The translations under genes were made by a program, and so were the position numbers. Below, piece by piece: positions 63,501 through 64,000 of a stretch of 64,000 nt of DNA. This stretch comes from Fimbriosthenelais zetlandica (taxonomy: Eukaryota): positions 6,262,001 through 6,326,000 of the forward strand of contig OZ365115.1 of the NCBI GenBank assembly GCA_977030845.1. Reading direction: 5' to 3'. Each line of letters begins with the position of its first letter. Position 1 is the first letter of the stretch. The notes beneath the pieces were generated by a model. That model saw only the letters and a list, made by a program, of their open reading frames with translations. It was not told the origin of the DNA and did not search any database.

Positions 63501-64000
63501 CCCCAAGAATTAAATGGAGGAATCCAAATTGTATATATAGGCTGGGCTATTGAATGAAGGTTTACAGATAGACATGTAACGTTTAATATTTGAATCACTT
63601 GTATGGAGACATAGTGGCTACAGTATCTATGAGTTAATGACCTTAGGGCATGTATTGCCTCAAGTCCCCTCTCCTAAACTGAGTCACTCATATTTGGTCA
63701 GCTTCTCCCCCCCCCCCCCCCACCCACCCCATCATCCCCCCACACACATCCCCCTCCTCTACGATGGAGGGATAATATTGATCTTCAGTACCCTCTGTTG
63801 CCCCCATTCATCCATTATTTTCACGATCTTAATCAGAAAATGCCCTGAAAAGGGACATCTGGAATGCGTCCCAAAACTTCTCATTGCTGAAGGATGCTCA
63901 AATGTCTAGGACAACGGCAACATTGATATTTTTTTTAGAATAGTTCTGCAACTTGAGACAATTCTTTTTAGGAAAAGATGTTCATATCTTCTCATGTTAG

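Noticed and set aside
47000-64000. Numerous 60-100 aa ORFs in the ORF track
   Set aside because: Lengths expected by chance in intronic DNA; no domain motifs or coherent splice architecture apart from the 60138 micro-exon.

Overview
Animal (probably invertebrate deuterostome; inference only) genomic window, mostly AT-rich and intronic. It holds the 5' part of a large liprin-beta (PPFIBP1/2-like) gene on the + strand. Three exons join in frame: 8345-8420, 14418-14659 and 33394-33600. No further conserved liprin-beta exon was recognised in the remaining 30 kb. Other clear features are a young, 5'-truncated CR1/L2-group LINE with an uninterrupted EN-RT frame (minus strand, ~516-3426) and an intact tRNA-Ala(AGC) antisense in intron 2 (15045-15117). 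There is also a possible Gypsy-like relic and several tandem or simple repeats. The most interesting signals lie in the long introns: (i) two AG|GT recursive-splice-type sites, each followed by an in-frame 45- or 48-nt micro-exon ending in a second donor; (ii) several candidate alternative N-terminal or cassette exons that all end in phase-0 donors; (iii) four canonical RFX X-boxes and several internal promoter-like motif clusters; (iv) a dense AGGCCT field around exon 2; (v) a CTCF-type motif embedded in coding exon 3. All splice and regulatory calls are sequence-only predictions. No database search was run, and homology statements rest on recalled family motifs.
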